In this document: positions 6,627 through 15,515 of the stretch, piece after piece
Numbering within the stretch: position 1 is the stretch's first letter
Layout of the letters: each line of letters starts with the position of its first letter
Assembly (NCBI GenBank): GCA_964387425.1
Contig: CAYLXP010000099.1
Coordinates: 1 to 20,997, forward strand
DNA length: 20,997 nt
Origin: an uncultured Victivallales bacterium
Lineage (GTDB): Bacteria; Verrucomicrobiota; Kiritimatiellia; UBA8416
Reading direction: 5' to 3'
Notes under the pieces: generated by a model
What the model was told of the DNA's origin: nothing
The model's database searches: none
Seen by the model: the letters and a program-made list of their open reading frames with translations, nothing else
Position numbers and translations under genes: made by a program

Positions 6627-9032
6627 ATGAAGGTGCCTGTTAGTTGGCTGCGTGAATACGTTGACTTGGATGCAACGCCGGAGGAGCTTGCGGATAAGCT
6701 GACGTTCTCGGGAATCGAAGTCGAGGGGATCCACACGATCGGCAGCGACTATGCCGGCGTAGTCGTCGGAGAGGTGCGCCGGATCGAGCAGCACCCCGGT
6801 GCGGACCGCCTGCGGCTCTGTCGTGTATTCAACGGCGACGAGGAACTCCAGGTTGTCTGTGGTGCGGACAACTTCGAGGTCGGTGACAAGGCCCCCTTTG
6901 CAGGCGTCGGTGTGACGCTTGCGAACGGCTTCAAACTCAAGAAGGCGAAGATTCGCGGCGAAGTCTCCTTTGGGATGCTCTGCGCCGAGGACGAGCTGGG
7001 CATCTCGGACGACCACGAGGGCATCATGGTTCTCCCGCGTGATACGGAATCCGGGACGCCACTGAGCGACGTCCTGGGACCGCCGGACACGGTGCTGGAA
7101 CTCGAAATCACCTGGAACCGCCCGGACTGCCTTAGCGTGATTGGCATTGCGCGCGAGTTTGCGGCGCTTTACGGCACTGAGCTGAAGCTCCCCGAGGTGA
7201 CGGTTGCCGAGTCTGGTGCCAACGTCGAGGACCTCGTGTCGGTAACAATTGATGATCCCGAGGGCTGCCCGCGCTACACGGCGCGCGCCCTGTCGGACAT
7301 CACGATTGCGCCCAGCCCACTCTGGATGCAGCGCCGGCTGGCGATGAGTGGCGTACGCCCGATCAACAACATCGTGGATGTAACGAACTACGTGATGCTG
7401 GAATGCGGCCATCCGCTGCACGCGTTTGATCACAGTCTTCTGGAAGAGGGCAAGATCGTTGTGCGGCGTGCGCGGGACGGCGAGAAGATGGTCACACTCG
7501 ACGGCGTCGATCGTCCAGTGACTCCTGACATGCTGATGATTGCAGACGCGGAGAAGCCCGTGGCTGTTGCCGGCGTCATGGGTGGGGCCGGCAGTGAGAT
7601 CCGTGACGACACGGCCACGGTGCTGCTGGAAAGCGCCTCTTTCGATCCGCGTGGCATCCATCGCACCTCTCTGGCACTGTCGCTCTCCACCGAGTCGTCG
7701 CACCGTTTTGAGCGCTACGTGAATGTTGAGACCGTAGACTGGGCCGGCAATCGCGCCGCGCAGTTGATGCAGGATGTCGCCGGGGCATCGGTGGCGGCCG
7801 GCATGGTCGATGTCTACCCGCGCCCCTATGAGCCGCGTCGGATTGAACTGAACATGGCCCGCATGCACAAGCTGTTGGGCGTCCACGTCGGTGTCGAGAA
7901 GGCGGTCGAGGTGCTCGAGTCGCTGATGATCCCGGTAGTGGAGCAGGGGACAGAGTCAATCACGGTGGAAGCGCCCGGCTTCCGGCCTGACCTTGAGCGT
8001 GAAGCGGACCTGGTTGAGGAGATCGCCCGGATGTATGGACTGGCGCATGTTCCGGATGTCGTGCCTGCCGCCCGGATCGTGCCGCTCGCCAGCGATGAAC
8101 CGACCCGCGCGCTGTTCACGTGCCGTGACAACCTGATTGCCATGGGGCTGCTTGAGATCATGAGCTACAGCTTCGTTCCGGAATCGCTGTTGGACGCGTT
8201 CTGCGACTCTGATAAGACCTCTCGCGTGGTGTTGCCGAACCCCGTGAGTGCTGACCATGCCGTGATGCGCAACTCCCTCGTTCCACAGATGGTGGAGTGC
8301 TTGGGCCGCAACCATTCCCGGCAGATTATCGACGCGACTCTCTTCGAGATTGGCAAGGTGTTTTGGCAGGATGAAAAGGGCGTTGTCGACGAGGAAGACC
8401 GGGTCTGTATTGGTGTGATGGGCAAAGCGGGCCGGGGAGCCCTGGAGAAGCGCACGGCCGTCAAGGACGACGAGGTATTTCTCTGGGCCAAAGGTATCGT
8501 GGAAGGCCTTGCCGAGGCGCAGTGCATCGGTCCACTGACGTTCACGCCGGTGGATCATCCCTATTGCGAGTCCGGCGAGTCCGTCTCTATCCTATTGGGG
8601 GACAAGGTGTTAGGATTTCTTGGGTTGCTGCGGAAGGAGCTGCGCCATCGCCATCGCATGGCCGAGCCCGTGGCAATTGCCGAGCTTTCGATGACTCCAC
8701 TTCTGGAGTCCGTTTTCTCAACTCGCTCGTTTCATCCGGTGCCGCAATACCCCGCAATCAGCCGGGACGTGGCCATCATTGTTGACGAAAACGTCATGCA
8801 TCAGGACATCTTGAGAGTCATTCAGGGGGCCGCACCGGTCGAGTTGACAGGTGTTGATCTCTTTGATATCTTCACGAGTGGAGGGATGAGACAAGGCAAG
8901 AAGAGCCTCGCCTACTCCCTCACGTATCGTTCTTTTGAGCGCACATTGACGGACGAGGATGCCAACGGGTATCACGAAACGATCAAGGATGCTCTGAAGA
9001 GTGAGCTCGGTGTTGAAATACGAGAAGGCTGA
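6627..9032 (+). CDS. pheT: phenylalanyl-tRNA synthetase beta subunit
   Basis: 'MKVPVSWLREYVDLD' is the canonical PheT N-terminus. The 801-aa length and domain order are typical (tRNA-binding, B3/4, B5, C-terminal anticodon-binding). RBS GGGGAG lies 8 nt upstream. Confidence 0.9.
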   Translation: MKVPVSWLREYVDLDATPEELADKLTFSGIEVEGIHTIGSDYAGVVVGEVRRIEQHPGADRLRLCRVFNGDEELQVVCGADNFEVGDKAPFAGVGVTLANGFKLKKAKIRGEVSFGMLCAEDELGISDDHEGIMVLPRDTESGTPLSDVLGPPDTVLELEITWNRPDCLSVIGIAREFAALYGTELKLPEVTVAESGANVEDLVSVTIDDPEGCPRYTARALSDITIAPSPLWMQRRLAMSGVRPINNIVDVTNYVMLECGHPLHAFDHSLLEEGKIVVRRARDGEKMVTLDGVDRPVTPDMLMIADAEKPVAVAGVMGGAGSEIRDDTATVLLESASFDPRGIHRTSLALSLSTESSHRFERYVNVETVDWAGNRAAQLMQDVAGASVAAGMVDVYPRPYEPRRIELNMARMHKLLGVHVGVEKAVEVLESLMIPVVEQGTESITVEAPGFRPDLEREADLVEEIARMYGLAHVPDVVPAARIVPLASDEPTRALFTCRDNLIAMGLLEIMSYSFVPESLLDAFCDSDKTSRVVLPNPVSADHAVMRNSLVPQMVECLGRNHSRQIIDATLFEIGKVFWQDEKGVVDEEDRVCIGVMGKAGRGALEKRTAVKDDEVFLWAKGIVEGLAEAQCIGPLTFTPVDHPYCESGESVSILLGDKVLGFLGLLRKELRHRHRMAEPVAIAELSMTPLLESVFSTRSFHPVPQYPAISRDVAIIVDENVMHQDILRVIQGAAPVELTGVDLFDIFTSGGMRQGKKSLAYSLTYRSFERTLTDEDANGYHETIKDALKSELGVEIREG

Positions 9033-9100
9033 CGAAGCGAGCCGGTTGGCGCGGGACGGAAGCCTGAATGAAATGATGATCAAGGTGGGGTTTCGGCCCG

Positions 9101-9328
9101 ATGATGAGTACCTTATTGAATGTTATTCTGCTGGCCCTCGGATGGCTTCTGGTGGTGTTGGCTGGCGGATTTATTGAGCGCGAGAGAATCGCCGTTTATA
9201 TTGATGAAAGGCGCTATCGCGGCTCGTTCAGAGGGCGTAAAGCCCACTGTTCTATAAAAACAGAATACATGCACTCCATAGGGAACGAAAATACCCTGCC
9301 TTGTTCGATCACAGGCAAAGATCTCTGA
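9101..9328 (+). CDS. doubtful small ORF (75 aa) with one N-terminal transmembrane helix, in a low-GC island
   Basis: 'STLLNVILLALGWLLVVLAGGFI' is a plausible TM helix. AGGTGG lies 12 nt upstream. Codon usage (tta, aat, gtt, att, ttt, tat, ata, aaa) is unlike the rest of the window. A good promoter lies inside the ORF. It may not be coding. Confidence 0.2.
   Translation: MMSTLLNVILLALGWLLVVLAGGFIERERIAVYIDERRYRGSFRGRKAHCSIKTEYMHSIGNENTLPCSITGKDL
9174..9202 (+). promoter_or_regulatory. sigma70-like promoter (TTGAGC-N17-TATATT) in the low-GC island upstream of the structured RNA and rarA
   Basis: -35 TTGAGC at 9174-9179, an exact 17-nt spacer, then -10 TATATT at 9197-9202. The predicted TSS is near 9209, about 285 nt upstream of the rarA ATG. 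Confidence 0.4.
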
Positions 9329-9478
9329 CCCAGTACATAGGTATCAGGGAGCTGGAATGCGGCGGATGACGGTGTAACTGCCTTCGGGCAGGAGACCTGA
9401 AACGCTGACTATAGCACCCACCTCGCTTGCGAGGTTCAGAGACGCAGCTTGGTACGGCAACGGTGGGGTATTTTTTTT
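9290..9478 (+). ncRNA. candidate structured small RNA (possible 6S/SsrS-like) or terminator-containing leader upstream of rarA-ygfA
   Basis: A UUCG tetraloop hairpin lies at 9378-9391 (ctgcc-ttcg-ggcag). A CUUG tetraloop hairpin lies at 9421-9434 (cctcg-cttg-cgagg). A long-range closing helix pairs 9290-9305 with 9456-9472: 16 bp including G.U pairs and one bulged C. It ends in T8 at 9471-9478. These features are strand-specific: the complements would be CGAA and CAAG loops. Local GC is about 48% against about 62% for the window. Confidence 0.35.
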
Positions 9479-9494
9479 GGTTCCGGGGGAAGGC

Positions 9495-10814
9495 ATGGAT
9501 CTGTTTGAGAAACGAGGGGACGCCACGCCGGCGGAGGCTCAACCGCTGGCAGCGCGCATGCGACCTGCCTCGGTTGACGAGGTCCTGGGGCAGGAACACA
9601 TCCTCGGCCCCGGCAAACTCCTGCGGCGTGCCATCGATGCCGATCGCCTCGGTAGCATCATCCTCTACGGTCCCCCCGGCTGCGGGAAGACCTCCCTGGC
9701 GGAAGTCATCGCCGCTGCCACCCAGCGCCGATTCGTCCGAACCAGCGGCGTGCTTGCCAACGTGGCGGAGCTCCGTGCACTGATCAAGGAGGCCCGTCAC
9801 CGCCTCAAGCAGGACGGCTCCGAGACGATACTGTTCGTGGACGAGATCCATCGCTTCAACAAGGCCCAGCAGGATGTCCTGTTGCCGCACGTTGAAGATG
9901 GCGCGATCACGCTGATTGGCGCGACGACCCACAACCCGATGTTCTTCATCAATACCCCCCTGACGTCGCGCTCGCTGGTGTTCGAGCTGAAGCCACTCTC
10001 CGAAACGGCGATCGTGGAATTGCTGCACCGGGCTCTCGGCGATGAGCGCGGGCTTGCAGATCATGCCGTGTCCGCAGACGATGACGCGCTGGTGCACATC
10101 GCGGCCATGTGCGAGGGCGACGCCCGACGCGCGCTGAATGCGCTTGAGATCGCTGTGCTGACAACGCAACCGGCTGATGACGGTACGGTTCAAATTGACC
10201 GGGACGTGGCCGAGGACTCCGTCCAGAAGAAGGCCATTCTCTACGACAATGATGAGGACGGTCACTACGACACGATTTCGGCCTTCATCAAGAGTGTGCG
10301 CGGTTCCGATCCGCATGCGGCGGTCTACTGGTTGGCGAAAATGCTGTATGCCGGCGAGGATCCCCGTTTCGTCGCGCGCCGGCTCATCATCCTGGCCTCC
10401 GAAGATATCGGCAACGCCGATCCCCGCGGCTTGCTGGTGGCTACGGCCGCCATGCGATCTGTCGAGTTTGTTGGCATGCCCGAGGCCCGTATCATTCTCT
10501 CCCAGGCGACGACCTATCTCGCCACCGCCCCCAAGAGCAATGCGGCCTATGTTGCTGTCGACAAAGCCCTGAAGGATGTCGAAGCCGGCCGCGTGTTACC
10601 CGTTCCCGAACACCTCAAGAACGTTCACCTGAAGGCGGCCGACGGTACCGACCGATCCAAGGGCTACGCCTATCCGCACGAATTTAAGGGGCACCATGTG
10701 AAGCAGGAGTATATCCCCACCTCGGCTGTCTATTATGAGCCGAGTGAGGAAGGGTACGAATCGACAATTGGGAAGCGGATGGCGAGCTGGGCTGAAGCCG
10801 GTGCGACGGCATGA
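9495..10814 (+). CDS. rarA: replication-associated recombination protein A (AAA+ ATPase RarA/MgsA)
   Basis: Walker A 'GPPGCGKTSLA', Walker B 'ILFVDEIHRF' and sensor 'IGATTHNP' are present, followed by the MgsA C-terminal helical domain ('AVYWLAKMLYAGEDPRFVARRL'). RBS GGGGGAAGG lies just before ATG 9495. The tracked start at 9477 is inside the T-run. Confidence 0.85.
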   Translation: MDLFEKRGDATPAEAQPLAARMRPASVDEVLGQEHILGPGKLLRRAIDADRLGSIILYGPPGCGKTSLAEVIAAATQRRFVRTSGVLANVAELRALIKEARHRLKQDGSETILFVDEIHRFNKAQQDVLLPHVEDGAITLIGATTHNPMFFINTPLTSRSLVFELKPLSETAIVELLHRALGDERGLADHAVSADDDALVHIAAMCEGDARRALNALEIAVLTTQPADDGTVQIDRDVAEDSVQKKAILYDNDEDGHYDTISAFIKSVRGSDPHAAVYWLAKMLYAGEDPRFVARRLIILASEDIGNADPRGLLVATAAMRSVEFVGMPEARIILSQATTYLATAPKSNAAYVAVDKALKDVEAGRVLPVPEHLKNVHLKAADGTDRSKGYAYPHEFKGHHVKQEYIPTSAVYYEPSEEGYESTIGKRMASWAEAGATA

Positions 10815-11395
10815 GCGAGACGATGGAATCGAAAGAGCGCATTCGTCGTGAGATACGAATGCGGCGAGCGGCGTTATCGCCGGAGTGGATTGCATCGGCA
10901 AGCGAACGGGTTGCGGAGCGGTTCATGGCCCTGGAGGCGTTTCAGACGGCTGAGACGATCTGCCTCTATATGGCAATCGCGGGAGAGGTTCAATTGGATG
11001 CCGTGATGGCACAGTGTTGGGAAGATGGCAGGCGCGTGCTGGTACCGGCGTACCGGCCGGCGCAGCAGGACTATGGGTTCAAAGTGATCACGTCTGACAT
11101 GGCACTGGCCGAGGGTCCATGGGGGGTGCCGGAGCCGGCGACGGACGCCTGGGCCGATGTGGGATCAACGGCCTGCTTGGCGGTGCCCGGTATGGCGTTT
11201 GACGAAGCCGGCGGACGTGTGGGGCATGGTGGCGGTTACTATGACCGTCTGCTGGCCTCCGTTGGCAGTGACCGGTCCCGCGTGGGGGTCTGTTTTGACT
11301 TCCAGCGGGTCGAGCGGGTTCCGCGCGAGGCGTGGGACGTTGGAATGGATTTTGTGGTGTCGGAGTCGCGCGTAACGCGCGGCATGAATGCGTAA
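10811..11395 (+). CDS. ygfA: 5-formyltetrahydrofolate cyclo-ligase
   Basis: 'KERIRREIRMRRAALSPE', 'LVPAYRPAQQDYGF', 'VPGMAFDEAGGRVGHGGGYYDRLLA' and 'VGVCFDFQ' are typical 5-FCL motifs. The ATG overlaps the rarA stop (ATGA at 10811-10814), which suggests translational coupling. Confidence 0.8.
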   Translation: MSETMESKERIRREIRMRRAALSPEWIASASERVAERFMALEAFQTAETICLYMAIAGEVQLDAVMAQCWEDGRRVLVPAYRPAQQDYGFKVITSDMALAEGPWGVPEPATDAWADVGSTACLAVPGMAFDEAGGRVGHGGGYYDRLLASVGSDRSRVGVCFDFQRVERVPREAWDVGMDFVVSESRVTRGMNA

Positions 11396-11466
11396 CGAGC
11401 TGTACGGCGGCCGGCTCCGGGGGCGGAGCAGGGCGCGTCGGCAGATAACAGGACAGGAGGGGATAC

Positions 11467-13020
11467 ATGCAAGCGGTGATAGCAGGTGTTGCAGCAGGTG
11501 TAATTGGGTTGGCTGTAGGGTACCTGATACGATTGGCGATGGGGCGCATGAAGGCGACGGCGGACGAAGGGCAGGCCAAGATGCTGCTCGCCGACGCACA
11601 GCGCGAGGCGGAGACGATTCGCAAAGAGGGGACCATCAGTGCGAAGGCGGAGGTTCTCAAGGCGCGCGAGGAGTTTGAGAAATCGACGGAATCCCGCCGC
11701 AAAGAGCTGGCGGCACTTGAAGAGCGCGTGAATCTGCGCGAGACGAACCTGGATCGCAAGGTTTCGCTGATCGACAAGAAGGAGCGGACCGTTGATGAGA
11801 AACTGGCCAACATCGAGCAGCGCGACGAGGAGCTGAAGCAGGACAAGGAACAGGTTCAGAAGCTGATTGAGGAAGAGAAGCAGAAACTCCAGCGCATTGC
11901 AGGCATGACGCAGGACGAAGCCCGGCAGATGCTGCTCTCGCGTATGGAGAAAGAGGTCCACGGTGAGATCGGCGGACTGATTCGGCGCATGCAGGAGCAG
12001 GCCAAGGATACGGCCGAACGTGAAGCCAAGAAGATCATAACCCAGGCCATTCAGCGTTACGCGTCCTCGCACACGAGCGACATTGTGACCAGCACGGTGG
12101 CCTTGCCCAGTGACGATATGAAGGGGCGCATCATTGGTCGGGACGGCCGGAACATCCGGGCCCTCGAAGCGGCCACGGGCGTTAACTTCCTGATCGACGA
12201 CACGCCGGAAGCGGTCGTGGTCTCGGGATTCGATCCCGTGCGGCGTGAAATCGCGAAGCAGGCCCTGGAACGCCTGTTGACGGATGGCCGTATCCATCCC
12301 GCTCGCATTGAAGAGGTCGTTGAGAAGGCTACCGAGGACATGGGTGAGACCATTCGGGCTGCGGGTGAAGAGACCCTGTTCGAGGTGGGAATCCAGGGCG
12401 TTGACCCGGAGCTGGTCCGGACACTCGGTCGGCTGAAGTACCGCACGAGCTACACGCAGAATGTTCTGCGGCACTCGGTGGAAGTCGCACAGCTCATGGG
12501 GCTGATGGCCGGCGAGCTGGGGCTTGATCCCCTGGTTGCCAAGCGTGTTGGCTTGTTCCACGACATCGGCAAAGCGCTCGACCACGAGGTCGAAGGCGGC
12601 CATGCCATTATCGGCGCCGATCTGCTGAAGCGCATGGGCGAGCCACAGGAAGTCGTGAACGGGGTTGCCTCCCACCACGAAGAGGTTGAAGCGCAGAGCC
12701 TCTATGCTGTGCTGTGCTCAGCAGCAGACGCGATGTCCAGCTCGCGCGTCGGGGCGCGCTCGGAGACGAGCGGCCTCTACGTCAAGCGCCTGGAGAAACT
12801 CGAGGCGATCGCGAACGAGTTCGAAGGCGTCGAGAAGAGCTATGCCATCCAGGCCGGCCGTGAAGTGCGCGTCATCGTGGAGCCGGACAAGGTGGACGAT
12901 AGCGCAGCGATGGTGCTGGCACGCAATATGAGCAAGAAGATCGAAAGCGATCTACAGTATCCGGGGCAGATTCGCATCACGGTGATCCGCGAGACCCGTT
13001 GTGTCGAGTATGCGAAGTAG
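11467..13020 (+). CDS. rny: ribonuclease Y
   Basis: An N-terminal TM helix ('AVIAGVAAGVIGLAVGYLI') is followed by a long coiled coil. A KH domain ('GRIIGRDGRNIRALEAATGVNFLIDD') and an HD domain ('VLRHSVEVAQL...HDIGKALDHEVEGGHAIIGA') follow. RBS AGGAGGGG precedes the start. Confidence 0.9.
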   Translation: MQAVIAGVAAGVIGLAVGYLIRLAMGRMKATADEGQAKMLLADAQREAETIRKEGTISAKAEVLKAREEFEKSTESRRKELAALEERVNLRETNLDRKVSLIDKKERTVDEKLANIEQRDEELKQDKEQVQKLIEEEKQKLQRIAGMTQDEARQMLLSRMEKEVHGEIGGLIRRMQEQAKDTAEREAKKIITQAIQRYASSHTSDIVTSTVALPSDDMKGRIIGRDGRNIRALEAATGVNFLIDDTPEAVVVSGFDPVRREIAKQALERLLTDGRIHPARIEEVVEKATEDMGETIRAAGEETLFEVGIQGVDPELVRTLGRLKYRTSYTQNVLRHSVEVAQLMGLMAGELGLDPLVAKRVGLFHDIGKALDHEVEGGHAIIGADLLKRMGEPQEVVNGVASHHEEVEAQSLYAVLCSAADAMSSSRVGARSETSGLYVKRLEKLEAIANEFEGVEKSYAIQAGREVRVIVEPDKVDDSAAMVLARNMSKKIESDLQYPGQIRITVIRETRCVEYAK

Positions 13021-13131
13021 GGAGTAACTACGAAATACGCGAAAGGCGCGAAAGGCTGATAGGCTTTCGCCTCCGCGGGGCCTACGGCGTGACATACCGC
13101 TGTTCGTCCACTGCTGGGATTGAAAGGTGAT

Positions 13132-13932
13132 ATGAAGGTACTGATGGTGGGAGATTTGGTGGGGTCACCGGGGCGGCAGGTGTTTGCGCAGGTGGTCACC
13201 CGCATGAAGCAGACCAAGGGCGTCGACTTTGTTGTCGTTAACGCCGAGAACTCGGCGGGTGGCAAAGGCGTGACGGGAAAGCTGGCAGAGGAACTGTTTG
13301 CGGCCGGTGCTGATGTTATCACGCTGGGGGATCATGCCTGGAACCAGAAAGAGTTTATTTCCTACATCGACTCCGAGCCTCGCATCTTGCGTCCGGCCAA
13401 CTTTGCGCCTGGTAACCCGGGCCATGGCGCCGTGACCGTCAACACACCGTTTGGTGATGTCACGGTACTCAACTTGGTGGGGCGTGTTTTCATGGGGCCT
13501 TATGACTGCCCGTTTCGCAAAGCTGATGAGCTGCTAAAGGAGCATCCGTCGAGCAAGATCAAGCTGGTCGATATGCATGCCGAAGCAACGTCCGAGAAGA
13601 TTGTGATCGGTCGGTACCTGGATGGGCGCGTCAGTGCTGTTGTGGGAACGCACACGCATGTCCAGACGTCTGACGAGATCGTCCTGCCGGGCGGCACGGC
13701 ATATTTGACAGACCTTGGGATGACGGGGGTGAAGGATTCTGCCATTGGAAGAGAACTGGACTCGGTGGTTTCCATGTTCTTGACAGGGATGCCGTCGAAA
13801 TATCAGCTCGCCAAGGGCGACCCCGTGCTGGAAGGCCTCCTGATCGACGTCGATCCTACGACTGGGCGTGCAAAGAAGGTCAAGCGGTTGCGTGAGAGTA
13901 TGTCGGGTGCTGCGAAGACGGCGTGGCAGTAG
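13132..13932 (+). CDS. ymdB: YmdB-like metallophosphoesterase (TIGR00282 family; 2',3'-cyclic-nucleotide phosphodiesterase)
   Basis: 'MKVLMVGDLVGSPGR...VVNAENSAGGKG...GDHAWNQKE...GTHTHVQTSDE' contains the calcineurin-like metal-binding motifs. Adjacency to rny matches the rny-ymdB pair of Bacillus. ATG 13132 is preferred over the tracked TTG 13120. Confidence 0.8.
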   Translation: MKVLMVGDLVGSPGRQVFAQVVTRMKQTKGVDFVVVNAENSAGGKGVTGKLAEELFAAGADVITLGDHAWNQKEFISYIDSEPRILRPANFAPGNPGHGAVTVNTPFGDVTVLNLVGRVFMGPYDCPFRKADELLKEHPSSKIKLVDMHAEATSEKIVIGRYLDGRVSAVVGTHTHVQTSDEIVLPGGTAYLTDLGMTGVKDSAIGRELDSVVSMFLTGMPSKYQLAKGDPVLEGLLIDVDPTTGRAKKVKRLRESMSGAAKTAWQ

Positions 13933-13988
13933 TCTTCAGTCATTTGCGCCTGCGGCGCGTCATTTGTCATGAGTCACTGGTGGGGACA

Positions 13989-15392
13989 ATGGAGTCGAGA
14001 GGAAAAGCTTCGTTGCAGATGTTGGGGCAGGATCGGACGGCTGATGATCGCCCGAAGGCGCTATCGGTTTCCGAACTGACGCGGATGATCAAGGGCACGC
14101 TGGAAGGACGCTTCGGCAGCGTGCTCGTGGAAGGCGAGCTCTCCAACGTAAGCCAACCCGCATCGGGTCACCTCTACTTCACCATCAAAGATGCGAACGC
14201 CCAGATTAGCGCGGTCATGTTTCGGGGCAACCAGCGGGGGTTGAAATTCCGCCCTCAGGATGGCGTCGTGGTCCGCGCCCGGGGCGAGATTAGCGTCTAC
14301 GAGCGGCGCGGGAACTACCAGATTCTCGTGCGGCGCATGGAGGAGGGCGGCAAGGGCAGTCTGCAGGCGCAGTTCGAGGCCCTGAAGGAGAAGCTCCAGA
14401 AGGAGGGGCTCTTTGCCAAGGAGCGCAAGCGGCCGCTACCGATGCTGCCGCAGCATGTGGGCGTGGTCACCTCCGCGACCGGCGCGGCCATCCGCGACAT
14501 TCTGAATGTGGTTTCACGCCGCTTTCCCAACCTGCACGTCCTGGTGGCACCCGCCAAGGTCCAGGGTGATGGTGCCGCCGAGGAGATTGCGAGTCAGATT
14601 GATCGGCTCAACGAAATCGGTGGCCTGGACGTTCTGATCGTGGGGCGGGGCGGCGGCAGTCTCGAGGATCTCTGGAGTTTCAACGAAGAGGTCGTTGCGC
14701 GGGCCATTGCACGATCTACGATTCCCGTGATCTCGGCCGTGGGGCACGAGGTGGACTTCACGATCAGCGATTTCGTCGCCGACCTGCGGGCACCGACACC
14801 GTCGGCAGCCGCCGAGCTGGTCGTGGGCTGCAAGGAGGCGTTCCAGGATCGCCTTGCCGAGCAGCAGGGACGTCTTGTGCGGGCGCTGCGGGAGAGCGCG
14901 CTTGCCGCCCGGAACCGGTTGCTGCATGCGGCGGGGAGCTACGTGTTCCGCGAGCCGGCCAACGCCGCGGCACGGCACCGTCAGAAACTGGATGCGTGCC
15001 GGATGCGGATTGAGCACAAACTACGCGGTGCGCTGCAGGAGACGCAACAGACGCTGGACCTGATTGAGTCGCGTCTGCAGCAGGAGACACGCACGGCAGT
15101 CCAGGTGAGCCGCCAGACGCTTGAGGATCTCCGGCTGAGAATGGTTCACCGCGCCAAGCTGCGCCACCAGATGGGCGTCCAGGATGTGCGCCGCGTTGCC
15201 ATGCAGCTGCGGGCATTGAACCCGTTGGCTGTACTGCAGCGCGGTTACTCGGTAACGCGGGGCGCCGATGGACGCATCATTGCCAGAGTTGCGGACGTGA
15301 AGCCGGATGAGATCGTGGAGACGCAAGTTGCGGATGGACGCTTTGAGGCCGAAGTGAAGATTGTGAAGAAGGACGAGGGGCGCTCCGGGTAG
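13989..15392 (+). CDS. xseA: exodeoxyribonuclease VII large subunit
   Basis: 'LSVSELTRMIKGTLEGRFGSVLVEGELSNVSQPASGHLYFTIKDANAQISAVMF' is the XseA OB-fold N-terminus. A catalytic region and C-terminal coiled coil follow. The start is uncertain: ATG 13989 or 14019, with GTG 13923 as the tracked maximum. Confidence 0.85.
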   Translation: MESRGKASLQMLGQDRTADDRPKALSVSELTRMIKGTLEGRFGSVLVEGELSNVSQPASGHLYFTIKDANAQISAVMFRGNQRGLKFRPQDGVVVRARGEISVYERRGNYQILVRRMEEGGKGSLQAQFEALKEKLQKEGLFAKERKRPLPMLPQHVGVVTSATGAAIRDILNVVSRRFPNLHVLVAPAKVQGDGAAEEIASQIDRLNEIGGLDVLIVGRGGGSLEDLWSFNEEVVARAIARSTIPVISAVGHEVDFTISDFVADLRAPTPSAAAELVVGCKEAFQDRLAEQQGRLVRALRESALAARNRLLHAAGSYVFREPANAAARHRQKLDACRMRIEHKLRGALQETQQTLDLIESRLQQETRTAVQVSRQTLEDLRLRMVHRAKLRHQMGVQDVRRVAMQLRALNPLAVLQRGYSVTRGADGRIIARVADVKPDEIVETQVADGRFEAEVKIVKKDEGRSG

Positions 15393-15451
15393 GGTTGCTC
15401 TCCTTGACTGGAGTGAGCGGGGACGCTCACTAGGCCTGCGGAGAGCAACCC
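15392..15451 (+). repeat. 60-nt nested perfect hairpin immediately after the xseA stop
   Basis: The outer 12-bp perfect stem pairs 15392-15403 (gggttgctctcc) with 15440-15451 (ggagagcaaccc). The inner 7-8-bp stem pairs 15413-15419 (gtgagcg) with 15424-15430 (cgctcac) around a GGGA loop. No T-run follows. Confidence 0.5.
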
Positions 15452-15515
15452 CACCCTTCGCTGGATGCGTGGGGCCGGGAACAGTGGAATATGATAGAAG
15501 AGAAGGAGTTTCGTA

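Noticed and set aside
6246-7886. 546-aa ORF on the - strand across the pheS/pheT junction
   Set aside because: It is antisense to two strongly supported synthetase genes. Its composition is Arg/His/Ala-rich and low-complexity, typical of a high-GC shadow ORF.
9309-10316. 335-aa ORF on the - strand antisense to rarA
   Set aside because: It overlaps rarA, which has a clear Walker A/B AAA+ domain on the + strand. It has no motifs.
11239-12678. 479-aa ORF on the - strand antisense to rny
   Set aside because: It overlaps the RNase Y gene, which has clear KH and HD motifs. It is a shadow ORF.
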